Shown here: positions 10,053 through 19,059 of the stretch, piece by piece
Layout: every line of letters begins with the position of its first letter
Position numbering within the stretch: position 1 is the first letter of the stretch
Source: a virus
DNA length: 64,000 nt
Virus record (IMG/VR): IMGVR_UViG_3300009177_000031
Coordinates: 24,310-88,309 of that record
Direction: 5' to 3' (one strand)
Made by a program: the position numbers and the translations under genes
The notes under the pieces: generated by a model
The model's database searches: none
Told to the model about the DNA's origin: nothing
The model's input: the letters and a program-made list of their open reading frames with translations, nothing else

Positions 10053-10655
10053 ATGGAGAACGCTGCTACGAACGACGATGTGAAGACGATGGATCCGAAC
10101 ACGATGATCAAGCTGAACGTCGTGTCCAAGGATAATGCTGGACGTGCGCCGTCGACACGATGGGGCAAGGTCTCGTTCGACGAGAACGGCGAGGGTACCG
10201 TCGAGATGCCGCTCAAGGACATCGCTCTCTTCAGCCAGCTGAAGTGGTTGCGACCGGAGGACATGGAGAAGTATCTCGGCATCAGCCAGCAAGCTGCGGC
10301 TGTGGTGACGACGGAGCAAGCGAGCGATCTACAGCAACAGCTCGACGCGACGAAGTCTGCAAACGTGCGCCTCGCTACGAAGAACGCCGAGCTGGAAGCG
10401 AAGCTCGACGAGATCCTCGCGCGGTACCAGAAGGAGTTCAAGGGGTACGAGGAGAAGGTGATGGCGGACATGCAATCGATTCGCGAGGATCTCGACAAGG
10501 CGAATGATCGCATGAACGCGGTTGCCGCCGAGAACGATGCGCTGAAGAACGAGAACGCCGCGCTGAAGGCGCAGCTCGCACCGCCTGCGGAGAAGGCGCC
10601 CGAGACGAAGCCGGAAACCCCGGCTGCGAAGGCCGAGAAGGCGGCGAAGAAGTAA
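10053..10655 (+). CDS. Coiled-coil hypothetical protein downstream of MCP
   Basis: AGGAG RBS; heptad-rich C-terminal half. Confidence 0.75.
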   Translation: MENAATNDDVKTMDPNTMIKLNVVSKDNAGRAPSTRWGKVSFDENGEGTVEMPLKDIALFSQLKWLRPEDMEKYLGISQQAAAVVTTEQASDLQQQLDATKSANVRLATKNAELEAKLDEILARYQKEFKGYEEKVMADMQSIREDLDKANDRMNAVAAENDALKNENAALKAQLAPPAEKAPETKPETPAAKAEKAAKK

Positions 10656-10658
10656 CCG

Positions 10659-11459
10659 ATGTCGCTCTCTGATGGTGATATCTCGCTCAGCCGCTCGGAT
10701 TTGACTCCGACGTGGCTGAAGAAGAACTTCCTGACCGGTCTCCAATTCGTTGATGAGCACGGCACGGAGTACGGCGACGACTTCTTCGACTACCATTTGA
10801 GCAATGCGGTAGCGAAGTTGGAGAAGCTCTGCGACATCGCCATTCTTGAGCTGGACATCAAGAGCGAGGAACACGATTACCTCGTCACCGATTACCTGAA
10901 TTGGGGCTGGATGCAGCTCTACAAGGTGCCTGTGAAGCAGGTCAACGAGCTTCGAGGCGTCTACCCGCTCGGTACAAACGTAGTGAAGTACCCGAACGAA
11001 TGGATTCAGGTGAACGGTGAAGCGGGCCAAATCAACGTCGTTCCCACACAAGGTGCAATTGGCGCGGTGATCATCGGACAAGGTGGTGACTTCGTGCCGC
11101 TCGTTTACGGTGGTGTCTCGCGCGTGCCGAACCTTTGGCAAGTCGATTACGTGGCTGGAATGGATCCTGACAACATGCCGCGCATGGTTGTCGAAGGCAT
11201 CGCAAAGCTCGCGTGCATGGACTTGCTCACGATCGTCAGCGACACCACGCGACCGGTAGGTGTGACGAGTCAGAGCGCTTCCGTCGATGGCCTGTCGCAA
11301 AGCCAGAGCTACGCGGTTCCTGCGTTCCAAGGACGTTTGCAGCGCTACACGGCCGATCTGTACGGTCCTGAAGGCAAGCAACAGGATCTCACGATGACGT
11401 CTGGTTTGCTGCGCCAGATCCGAGACGCGTATCGACCGATCACGTTGGCGAGCATCTAA
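10659..11459 (+). CDS. Head-tail adaptor/neck protein
   Basis: Position; E.HDY, W..L...PV, VDY.AG and SVDGLSQS motifs typical of adaptor proteins. Confidence 0.7.
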   Translation: MSLSDGDISLSRSDLTPTWLKKNFLTGLQFVDEHGTEYGDDFFDYHLSNAVAKLEKLCDIAILELDIKSEEHDYLVTDYLNWGWMQLYKVPVKQVNELRGVYPLGTNVVKYPNEWIQVNGEAGQINVVPTQGAIGAVIIGQGGDFVPLVYGGVSRVPNLWQVDYVAGMDPDNMPRMVVEGIAKLACMDLLTIVSDTTRPVGVTSQSASVDGLSQSQSYAVPAFQGRLQRYTADLYGPEGKQQDLTMTSGLLRQIRDAYRPITLASI

Positions 11460-12313
11460 TGGCAGTGAAGCAGCTCGGTGGAGTTCGTGTTGATGGTGAT
11501 CCAAACCAGATCGCCCAACCCTCGCCTTCACCGAACGTGCGTGGTGACCAAGACGGCTTCAACGTTCCGCTCGATCGCGATCTGTTCACGAAGCTGATCA
11601 AGTCACACGGCTACGATGTCACATGGGAGAAGGCAACCTTCTGTCCGTTCCTCAAGGGCACCGATCCGAAGGCGCACGATCTCAATTGCACGCAGTGTCA
11701 CAACGGCTTCATGTACTACGGCTTGGTGCCGACGCGAATGCACCTAGCGCCGCTCAACGTGCAGCAACAGTTCTTCGCGTACGGTCGCTTCGACAGCGGT
11801 AAGGCACAGATCACCGCGTATCCAGAGTTCAAGATGTCGTTCTTCGATCGCATCACGCTCACGAAAGCGCGAGCGCGACACTCGGATCGCGTGATGCGGC
11901 AACGAGGCACGAACCGAGACCGTCCGAAGTTCAATCCGATCTCGGTGGACGATTTGCGCTGGGCGACAGGTGATAAGACGATCGGTATCGCGGTGCAGAA
12001 CACCGACTTCACGCTCGATGCGGTGACAGGTGAGATCGTCTGGCTCACGAACAATCGACCAAACGCGGATCAGCTCTACAGCATCGTGTACTACTTCCAT
12101 CCGCAGTACATCGTGCTCGACGTTCCTCACCACATTCGCGACCAACCCATTCTTGGTGCCGACACGTCGACGGATCAGCAATGGGAGTTTCCGGTTCAGG
12201 TCGTTGCGCAAATCGATCAGTTCATCCGTGACGAGCGATTGGACCCAAGTAATGAAGGTGCGGCTGTCAATCCATTCCCGGCTCAAGGCCAAACTCGTTG
12301 GCAAGGTTCGTGA
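11459..12313 (+). CDS. Head closure/neck protein
   Basis: WEKA..CP...C..C..G motif as in Herelle-type neck proteins; TAATG coupling. Confidence 0.65.
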   Translation: MAVKQLGGVRVDGDPNQIAQPSPSPNVRGDQDGFNVPLDRDLFTKLIKSHGYDVTWEKATFCPFLKGTDPKAHDLNCTQCHNGFMYYGLVPTRMHLAPLNVQQQFFAYGRFDSGKAQITAYPEFKMSFFDRITLTKARARHSDRVMRQRGTNRDRPKFNPISVDDLRWATGDKTIGIAVQNTDFTLDAVTGEIVWLTNNRPNADQLYSIVYYFHPQYIVLDVPHHIRDQPILGADTSTDQQWEFPVQVVAQIDQFIRDERLDPSNEGAAVNPFPAQGQTRWQGS

Positions 12314-12992
12314 CGCCACCAACGCGGTGATGGAGAGCGCGGTTTCACACGCAATCGACGCTCTCTCGAACATCGCGGACTCGGAGCTTCACGGCACTGC
12401 GCAAGCGTACAAGGATGGTTTGCGCAACGCGGTCACGGCGAAGAACGGAACGCTCAAGATCGAATTGACAGGAGTAGCGAAGGATCTCGAAGTCGGCTAT
12501 CCAGCGCGCGACATGAAGAAGGAGCTGCTAGCGTCACCGAGCGCGAAGCAGGGCAAGAATGGGAAGTACATCGACATCCCATTCAAGCACAAGATGAGCG
12601 AGGCACCGACGGAGATCAAAGCGAAGGCGCAGGCAGCGATTCGCGCAGAGAACAGCCGAGCGAAGCTAGAGAACAGAGACCCACGCAATCCGATGCGTGT
12701 CATCGGCAACCTGCCAGGCAAGAAGAACGTCCAGCAACGGTTCAACGCACGAGGTGGAACGAAGCAGGTAGAGGTGCAGCACAAGACGAGCGTGTTCTCG
12801 AACATGATCAGGACGAAGCTCGGAAGCAATCAAGCATCGTACAACACGATTCGCCGCATCTCTGCAAACAGCGACCCGCAATCGTGGCACCACCCCGGCT
12901 TCAAAGGCATCCATGCTCTGAAGCGCATCGAGAAAGACCTTCGCCAGATGTTGCGTAAGGAACTCAAACGAGAGCTACAGCGGAACAAATGA
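12252..12992 (+). CDS. Neck/tail-completion protein
   Basis: Basic protein with DMK..LL, Y.TIRRIS.NS.P.SW.HPG motif. Start uncertain (12252 or 12330). Confidence 0.6.
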   Translation: MKVRLSIHSRLKAKLVGKVRDATNAVMESAVSHAIDALSNIADSELHGTAQAYKDGLRNAVTAKNGTLKIELTGVAKDLEVGYPARDMKKELLASPSAKQGKNGKYIDIPFKHKMSEAPTEIKAKAQAAIRAENSRAKLENRDPRNPMRVIGNLPGKKNVQQRFNARGGTKQVEVQHKTSVFSNMIRTKLGSNQASYNTIRRISANSDPQSWHHPGFKGIHALKRIEKDLRQMLRKELKRELQRNK

Positions 12993-13765
12993 CGACAGCA
13001 TCCACACTCCCAACGCCAAACAGCAGCACCGGCTTCATGTACTTCGAGCCGGTGCTGCGGCAGTTCTTGGCCTACCAGCTGAAGCAGATCATCGCGAACG
13101 TGAACGATCCAGGCATCACGTTCATCGATGAGATGTTTGCGCGTTGGGGTGACGACGTGCGTTTGCAAATCAAGAAGTGGCTGGCGACGACAGGTAACAT
13201 CAGCGTCGACATCAACTTCCCTCAAGAGCACATGACGCTTCCGCTGATCGCGGTCGTGTCCGCAGAGGACAACGAGAAGACGGCTGAAGCAGTGCTCGGC
13301 GACTTCGGCGGCACGCTCTACATCGGTGGGAGTCAGGTCACGAAGTCGAATCCGCAAACGCTACCGCCGAACGTGTACGGTCAAGCAGAGGCGTTGCCGG
13401 ATGATCGGCCGCTCGCAATGGAAGCGCGCTACTTGCTGTCGGTGCCGGAAGCACGCATCACGCGTTTGTACATCGCGACCGACGACGCGGACTCGGTGCT
13501 GTACCTCTACACGATCGTGAAGGCGTTGCTGATCGTGAACAAGCTGGACTTCGATCAATTCGTCGGTGTGCGTAACCTGAAGCTGAACGGTGGCGACTTG
13601 GAGCACCGACAGGATCTGCTTCCGCAGTTCGCGTACATGAAGCAGCTCACGCTCAGCTACGACACCAACTTCGACGTTCCGACTTCCCCAACTGGAACGA
13701 TTGGGGGCATGAACGTTTCGATCACCGCAGCCTTCAACGGCGCGAACATCTCGCTCACTACGTAG
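12989..13765 (+). CDS. Tail terminator-like protein
   Basis: Position before the sheath gene; ATGA overlap. Confidence 0.55.
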   Translation: MTTASTLPTPNSSTGFMYFEPVLRQFLAYQLKQIIANVNDPGITFIDEMFARWGDDVRLQIKKWLATTGNISVDINFPQEHMTLPLIAVVSAEDNEKTAEAVLGDFGGTLYIGGSQVTKSNPQTLPPNVYGQAEALPDDRPLAMEARYLLSVPEARITRLYIATDDADSVLYLYTIVKALLIVNKLDFDQFVGVRNLKLNGGDLEHRQDLLPQFAYMKQLTLSYDTNFDVPTSPTGTIGGMNVSITAAFNGANISLTT

Positions 13766-13774
13766 GAGGGATAG

Positions 13775-14131
13775 ATGGCTGACAGCAAGCTACCGGGTAC
13801 GCGCCAAACGGAGGAAGTCATCCTTGGGAAGAAGTTCCAAGGCGAGACGTTCGTGACCGTGAAGTCGGCTGCACAAGTCGAAGAGGTTGCGAAGCTGCAC
13901 GAGACGTACGCTCACGAACACGCGGTTCCAATCGAGGCGTACTTCTCGATTCGCGGCCACAACGAACCCCACATGCGATCGATGTTGCTCGCGTACACGC
14001 AGGTGCGAAAGGCGACCGTCGAAGCGTTCGACGACATCTTCCACCTGTTCTTCCACACGACACCAAAGCCCCCAAAGGCTGCGCCAGAGGCAGATGCGCC
14101 AACGGCAACTGAACCTGCAAAGGAGGTCTGA
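13775..14131 (+). CDS. Small hypothetical protein preceding sheath
   Basis: GGAGG RBS, 118 aa. Confidence 0.7.
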   Translation: MADSKLPGTRQTEEVILGKKFQGETFVTVKSAAQVEEVAKLHETYAHEHAVPIEAYFSIRGHNEPHMRSMLLAYTQVRKATVEAFDDIFHLFFHTTPKPPKAAPEADAPTATEPAKEV

Positions 14132-14134
14132 ACC

Positions 14135-15925
14135 ATGTCTCGTCAAGTTCTCTTCAACGGCGCAGTTCTGGTGCGTCCAGGCGCGTACACCAAGATCGAC
14201 GCATCGCAGTTCCAGAGCATCGTGCTCAACGGCATCGGTGTCGTCGGCATCATCGGCAACGCCGATGGCGGACAGCCGCGTGTCGTGCAGATCTTCAACA
14301 GCGCCGCAGCTGTGAAGGCTGCATATCGCAGCGGTGACATCGTCGAAGCCGCAGGGATTCTCTGCAATCCTGGCAACGACGATCTCATTCCTGCGGGCGC
14401 GCAAACGATCGTCACCTACAAGGTGAACAATGGAACGCAGGCGACGCTCGCAGCTGCACCGTTCACGTTCACGTCGAAGGATTGGGGGCTGTCGCAGAAC
14501 TCGATCAACGTGCAGCTGACATCGCAAGGTGGCAACCTGCGCACGTTCATCTCGCAGGGTCTCGATCAGCTGAGCAACCTGATCGTCGAGACGTCGCCGC
14601 AGTTCGGCGATCCGACGAAGTACGGCAAGTTCACGCTGAAGTACAACGGCACCGGCACGGCTGCGACCGTCACGATCACGTCGACGACGCTCACCACGAC
14701 GGTTACCGCTGGTCCTGGTAGCGAGAACCTCGCGATCACGTTTGCGAACTTCGCTTCTCTGAACGACATCCTGTTCTTCATCAACGGCTTTGCCGGCGGT
14801 GTTTACGTCGCGACAGCACTCATCACGAACGCGCTGTCATTCAACCCGGCGAACCTCGATGCGGTCTCCGCGCTCGATATCAAGACGACGGCGCTGACGC
14901 TGATGGCGAACAACTTCGACGTCAGCGACTGGATCAACAACAACAGCCAGCTGATCACGTGCGTGCTGACGCAGGGACAAACCGGTCCTCGCGCTGCGCT
15001 CACGCTCACGGCTCTCGCTGGTGGAACGCTCGGCACGAGCGCGAACGCCGATTGGGTGACCGGCTTCACCGCTCTCGGTGGTGTTCGCATCAACCAGGTC
15101 GTGCCGCTCGCATCTGCGGATGCAACGACGGCACAAGGCACGTACACGATTGCGTCGGTCAACGCCGGTTTGCAATCGCACTGTTCGTTGCTGAGCGCGA
15201 CCGCAGGCAAGAGCGAGCGTCAAGGTTGGGCGTCGTTCTCTGGAACGAAGACGAACCTGATCCTCGCGGCGCAGGGCCTGAACAGCCAGGACGTTTGCAT
15301 CAGCTCGCAGAAGCTGACGCGGCAGAGCGCGGTCACCGGCAACATCACGCAGTTCCCGGAGTGGTCACTGTCGTGTGTGCTCGCAGGCATGCGTGCAGGC
15401 GCACCGCTCGGCGAACCGCTGACGCACAAGTTGATCCTCGCGACCGCAATCGCGAGCGACGCATCGTGGTCGCCGAGCACGACGCAAGACGTGATCGATC
15501 TGCTTCTGAACGGCATCATCCTGGTGACGTCGGTGCAGGGTCGTGGTTTCCAGATCGAGAAGGGAATCACGACGTACACCAAGAGCAACAACGACGCCTT
15601 CATCGAGGAGACGATCGTCCAGTGCTGGAAGTACATCGCGTTCACGTGGCGCACGAACCTGGAGAACCGCTACACCGGCCGGCCGATGGACATCGGTCAG
15701 ATCAAGACGGTGATTCCGTTCTCTGTCTCGGTGTTGAACGGTTTGCGCCAGCAAGGCGTCATCACCGACAGCCTCGTGAACGGCGTGCAAACGCCTGGCT
15801 TCAGCAACCTGCAAGTCACTGCGAGCGGTGACGTGCTGAACGTGTCCGGCAACGTGCAACCGACGTCCGGCATCAACTTCATCTTGAACACCGCAGTGCT
15901 CGTTCCGGCGCAGTTCTCGGTCTGA
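14135..15925 (+). CDS. Contractile tail sheath protein
   Basis: RPGAY N-terminus, G.ADGG.P, LAGGT.G, EPLT.K, GITTY, P...INFI C-terminus; 596 aa. Confidence 0.92.
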   Translation: MSRQVLFNGAVLVRPGAYTKIDASQFQSIVLNGIGVVGIIGNADGGQPRVVQIFNSAAAVKAAYRSGDIVEAAGILCNPGNDDLIPAGAQTIVTYKVNNGTQATLAAAPFTFTSKDWGLSQNSINVQLTSQGGNLRTFISQGLDQLSNLIVETSPQFGDPTKYGKFTLKYNGTGTAATVTITSTTLTTTVTAGPGSENLAITFANFASLNDILFFINGFAGGVYVATALITNALSFNPANLDAVSALDIKTTALTLMANNFDVSDWINNNSQLITCVLTQGQTGPRAALTLTALAGGTLGTSANADWVTGFTALGGVRINQVVPLASADATTAQGTYTIASVNAGLQSHCSLLSATAGKSERQGWASFSGTKTNLILAAQGLNSQDVCISSQKLTRQSAVTGNITQFPEWSLSCVLAGMRAGAPLGEPLTHKLILATAIASDASWSPSTTQDVIDLLLNGIILVTSVQGRGFQIEKGITTYTKSNNDAFIEETIVQCWKYIAFTWRTNLENRYTGRPMDIGQIKTVIPFSVSVLNGLRQQGVITDSLVNGVQTPGFSNLQVTASGDVLNVSGNVQPTSGINFILNTAVLVPAQFSV

Positions 15926-15942
15926 AAGAAAGGAGCTGAGCA

Positions 15943-16431
15943 ATGGCGGCAGAACTTCCATTCAGCGACGTCGGCACACGGACTTTCTCCGGTGCGCGTG
16001 CGCGCTTCTACTTCAACGGTACGCAGGTGGCGTACGCATCAGGCTGCGATGGGTCCGAGGAGATCCAAATGGAGCCTGTCGAGGTGCTGGACAACCTCGC
16101 GGTGAAGGAACACGTTCCGGTCGGCTACCGGGTGACGTTCAACGCGAGCATCTTCCGCACCGTCGCGAGCGGCGCGAGCACGGATGTGGCGCCTGGCTCT
16201 CTCAAGGAGCAAGGCATCTTTCCGAAGTTCGGTACGCGCGGTGAGCGCATCCTGCAACTGACGCCTGTCACGGTGTTCATCCAGGATCGCAACAGCGGCA
16301 AGGTGCTGTACGTGATCGAGGGCGTCAAGCCGTCGTCGCAAAACTTCAGCATCACGGCGCGCGGTGTCGTGGCGCAGAACGTCTCCTTCGTCGCGATCAC
16401 GATGAAGGACGAAGCCGAGATCAACGCGTAA
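15943..16431 (+). CDS. Tail tube protein
   Basis: 162 aa right after the sheath; SGAR, EHVP.GY, QNVSF.A. Confidence 0.85.
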   Translation: MAAELPFSDVGTRTFSGARARFYFNGTQVAYASGCDGSEEIQMEPVEVLDNLAVKEHVPVGYRVTFNASIFRTVASGASTDVAPGSLKEQGIFPKFGTRGERILQLTPVTVFIQDRNSGKVLYVIEGVKPSSQNFSITARGVVAQNVSFVAITMKDEAEINA

Positions 16432-16446
16432 CGAAAGGAGACTGAC

Positions 16447-16962
16447 ATGACTGCACGTTTACGCTCGGACATGACGAACATCCTCACCGGTGTCGTCACT
16501 GCCGGTAGCACACCGCCGATTGTCGAGACGCAGACCAACCTGTTTCTCGATCTGATCGACAGCTCGTACTTCAGCACCGACACGCTTCCGTCGTTCTCGC
16601 CTGCGGTGGGAACGCCGTTGCCAATCGTGTTCGGTGTTCCTGTCTTCGCCGACGTCAACATCCCGGATGCGGCTGGTACCAACACGTACCAGGTCATCAT
16701 GCCGTTCAAGGGAACGCTCATCGGCATCGACGTCAACAAGTCGGTTGCAGGCGCTGGCAACACGATCCAGATCACGCAGGCAGGCGGTACGGCAATCACC
16801 GATGCGATTGTCGCAGCGGTCGACAAGGCGGTGACTCACGTCGGCACGATCGATCCTGCGGTGCGCGACTTCGCGGCTGGCGACATCCTCAAGATCGTCG
16901 CGGTGCGTGCGGCCGGTTCGATGCTTTGCAAGGTTCGGTTTTGGGTCATCAAGACGCCGTGA
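16447..16962 (+). CDS. Putative virion structural protein
   Basis: AAGGAG RBS, beta-rich, tail module. Confidence 0.6.
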   Translation: MTARLRSDMTNILTGVVTAGSTPPIVETQTNLFLDLIDSSYFSTDTLPSFSPAVGTPLPIVFGVPVFADVNIPDAAGTNTYQVIMPFKGTLIGIDVNKSVAGAGNTIQITQAGGTAITDAIVAAVDKAVTHVGTIDPAVRDFAAGDILKIVAVRAAGSMLCKVRFWVIKTP

Positions 16963-16969
16963 GGAACTG

Positions 16970-17308
16970 ATGCCATCGCTTCGTCAGCTGGAAGCGCATT
17001 TCGTCAAATACTTCCACGAAGGCATCGTGGAGTATTGGCAACGCGTTGACACGCTCGCCGAAGCGGATGGTCTCTGGTTTCTCTGTCCGAAGTGTTTTGC
17101 AAACGTAGGTCATACCGGTTGTCACGGTGTGCTTTGTTGGTTTGAGTACAAGGTACCTGACGATGTGAAGCCAGGGCCTGGTCGCTGGAACCCACAAGGG
17201 ACATCGCTGGACGATCTGTCGTTTGTGCCAGGCAAGAAGTCGCACAGCGTTCAGCTGAACGGCGGATGCAATTGGCACGGCTTCGTCACAAACGGTCAAG
17301 CAGAGTAG
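16970..17308 (+). CDS. Cys/His-rich protein resembling DUF6527
   Basis: FLCPKC...W...S..P...S.....C.WHGFVTNG; lower GC than neighbours. Confidence 0.5.
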   Translation: MPSLRQLEAHFVKYFHEGIVEYWQRVDTLAEADGLWFLCPKCFANVGHTGCHGVLCWFEYKVPDDVKPGPGRWNPQGTSLDDLSFVPGKKSHSVQLNGGCNWHGFVTNGQAE

Positions 17309-17318
17309 AGGGGTAAAC

Positions 17319-17675
17319 ATGTCGACGAGCGCGCAACGAGTCACCACCGTGCAGTTCACTGGAGACGTCACGTTTCCGTTGACGCCGACACCGACGGCGA
17401 ACAATCCGACGTCGCCTGCGAGCGAGATCCTGATGTCGCTCTCAGCTGGCGACAACGTCATCGCGATCCCAACGACCGGTGCGCCAGCTGCGGCGGTGAT
17501 GATCTTGAAGCCGAGCGGCAACAACATCGTGCTCAAGCTCAAGGGCATCGCCGGTGACACCGGGGTGCTGTTGCACAAGACGGACTACGACATCATCAGC
17601 CTGGATCCGACGGCGGTGTCGTTCATCATCAACGCCGCTTCGCAGGTGAACGGCGTGCGTTTGGTTTGGATGTAA
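17319..17675 (+). CDS. Putative structural protein
   Basis: 118 aa, beta-rich, GAGG RBS. Confidence 0.6.
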   Translation: MSTSAQRVTTVQFTGDVTFPLTPTPTANNPTSPASEILMSLSAGDNVIAIPTTGAPAAAVMILKPSGNNIVLKLKGIAGDTGVLLHKTDYDIISLDPTAVSFIINAASQVNGVRLVWM

Positions 17676-17730
17676 ACGAAAGGAGTCGTGCGCTGTACGC
17701 GGCAACGAAGCCGCAGAAAGCGAGACAGCT

Positions 17731-18057
17731 ATGGATAAGACGAAGGCACTCAAGGTTGGCGACCACATCATCTTCGTGGACGAGAAGCGCGTTGCTCACG
17801 ATGCTCTTGTCGAAACGTGGTGGTTGGGTGCGACTTACGTGGACGGTAAGGCCATTGCAAACGACTCGATCGAGAAATTCGAGCGCGAGTTCGGTGAAGG
17901 CAAGCGACCGGCTGTGAACCTGGTGTTCATCTCCGACGATCCGGATCACCGCGATCAGTACGGTGGACAGAAGGTGCACAAGGGTTCTGTCATTCACGGC
18001 GATGTGCAAACGCCTCCGCGCCTTGGGAACTACTGGTTGTTCGCCAGTGAGCTGTAG
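17731..18057 (+). CDS. Hypothetical protein
   Basis: 108 aa ORF, typical codon usage. Confidence 0.65.
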   Translation: MDKTKALKVGDHIIFVDEKRVAHDALVETWWLGATYVDGKAIANDSIEKFEREFGEGKRPAVNLVFISDDPDHRDQYGGQKVHKGSVIHGDVQTPPRLGNYWLFASEL

Positions 18058-18159
18058 TTGAGTCAAGCGTCGGCGAGGAACCGAGTAGGGACCGAGCAAA
18101 GCCGAAGCTGTTTCGTAGTCGCGTAGAGAGCACGAACCAAAACCTAGAAGGAGAAGCCG

Positions 18160-18585
18160 ATGTCAGACGAGAAGCCGGAAGAGAAGAAGGACGAGAAGAA
18201 GGAGCACGTGGAAGTTCGAGACGTCACCGCAGAGGGTGCCGAGAAGAACAAAGAGCTGCGCTTCACGAAGCGCTTCCACATGGTCGTTCGCGACGAGGGC
18301 GGCGAGACCATGCACGAGGGTGAGTTCACGATCAAGCGTCCGACGATCGGCGAGTCCGCGCGCATCGGCGTGTTGATGGCCGAGTACCGTCAGGACAAGC
18401 CGATCTCAGCGCTCGACTACGCCACCGTGAAGACGCACGAGTGGCTGGCGACATGCGTGGTGTGCGTGACGAAAGCGCCTCCGTGGTGGGACCCGGAGAA
18501 CATGTACGACAACGAACCGCTTGCGAAGTGCTACGCAGAGGTCGTAGCTTTCGTGAACTCGTTTCGTAAAGCTGTGGAGAAATGA
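18160..18585 (+). CDS. Tail assembly chaperone (G-like)
   Basis: GEFTIKRP, KAPPWW and C-terminal NSFR; two genes before the tape measure. Confidence 0.75.
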   Translation: MSDEKPEEKKDEKKEHVEVRDVTAEGAEKNKELRFTKRFHMVVRDEGGETMHEGEFTIKRPTIGESARIGVLMAEYRQDKPISALDYATVKTHEWLATCVVCVTKAPPWWDPENMYDNEPLAKCYAEVVAFVNSFRKAVEK

Positions 18586-19051
18586 CTTCGAGAAGCTGCG
18601 CATGGTCGCAGCTGCGAAGCTTCAAGCTGACCAATTGCAATGGTGGTGGTGCAATCACTACCGCAGGCCGCTCAAAGATCCGCTGCTTCAGGAGTACACG
18701 CTAGAGGAGCTTCAGATCGAACACTTCATGTACCTCATCGATGAGGATCCGCAGCAAGCCTACCCACGCGGCGACATGGGAAACATCCAGTTCAGAACTG
18801 GTGATCCGATCATCGACGAATGGGAGAAGCAGCTAGCTGAAGGCAAGGACCCTTCGCAAATCGATTGGGACGTTGGTGTCGATCAGGACTTCCTCAAGCG
18901 GTTCAAGGAATACTCGAAGCGCGTTGCCGAGCGTTTGGATCCAGCGCTCGCAGAAGCTCGTTTGAAAGAGGAAGTCGCTCCGCAATTGCCACCGTTGGAG
19001 CGTGACGAGTTCCTCGAAAGCTTGGTCGGAGGCTTCAAAGACACCTATTGA
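18557..19051 (+). CDS. Tail assembly chaperone extension (T-like), probably reached by +1 frameshift
   Basis: The +1 frame is open from 18557 across TCG TTT CGT (18559-18567); WW...Y..P..DP motif; no strong RBS before ATG 18602. Confidence 0.7.
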   Translation, partial: TRFVKLWRNDFEKLRMVAAAKLQADQLQWWWCNHYRRPLKDPLLQEYTLEELQIEHFMYLIDEDPQQAYPRGDMGNIQFRTGDPIIDEWEKQLAEGKDPSQIDWDVGVDQDFLKRFKEYSKRVAERLDPALAEARLKEEVAPQLPPLERDEFLESLVGGFKDTY

Positions 19052-19059
19052 GGTAGCAC

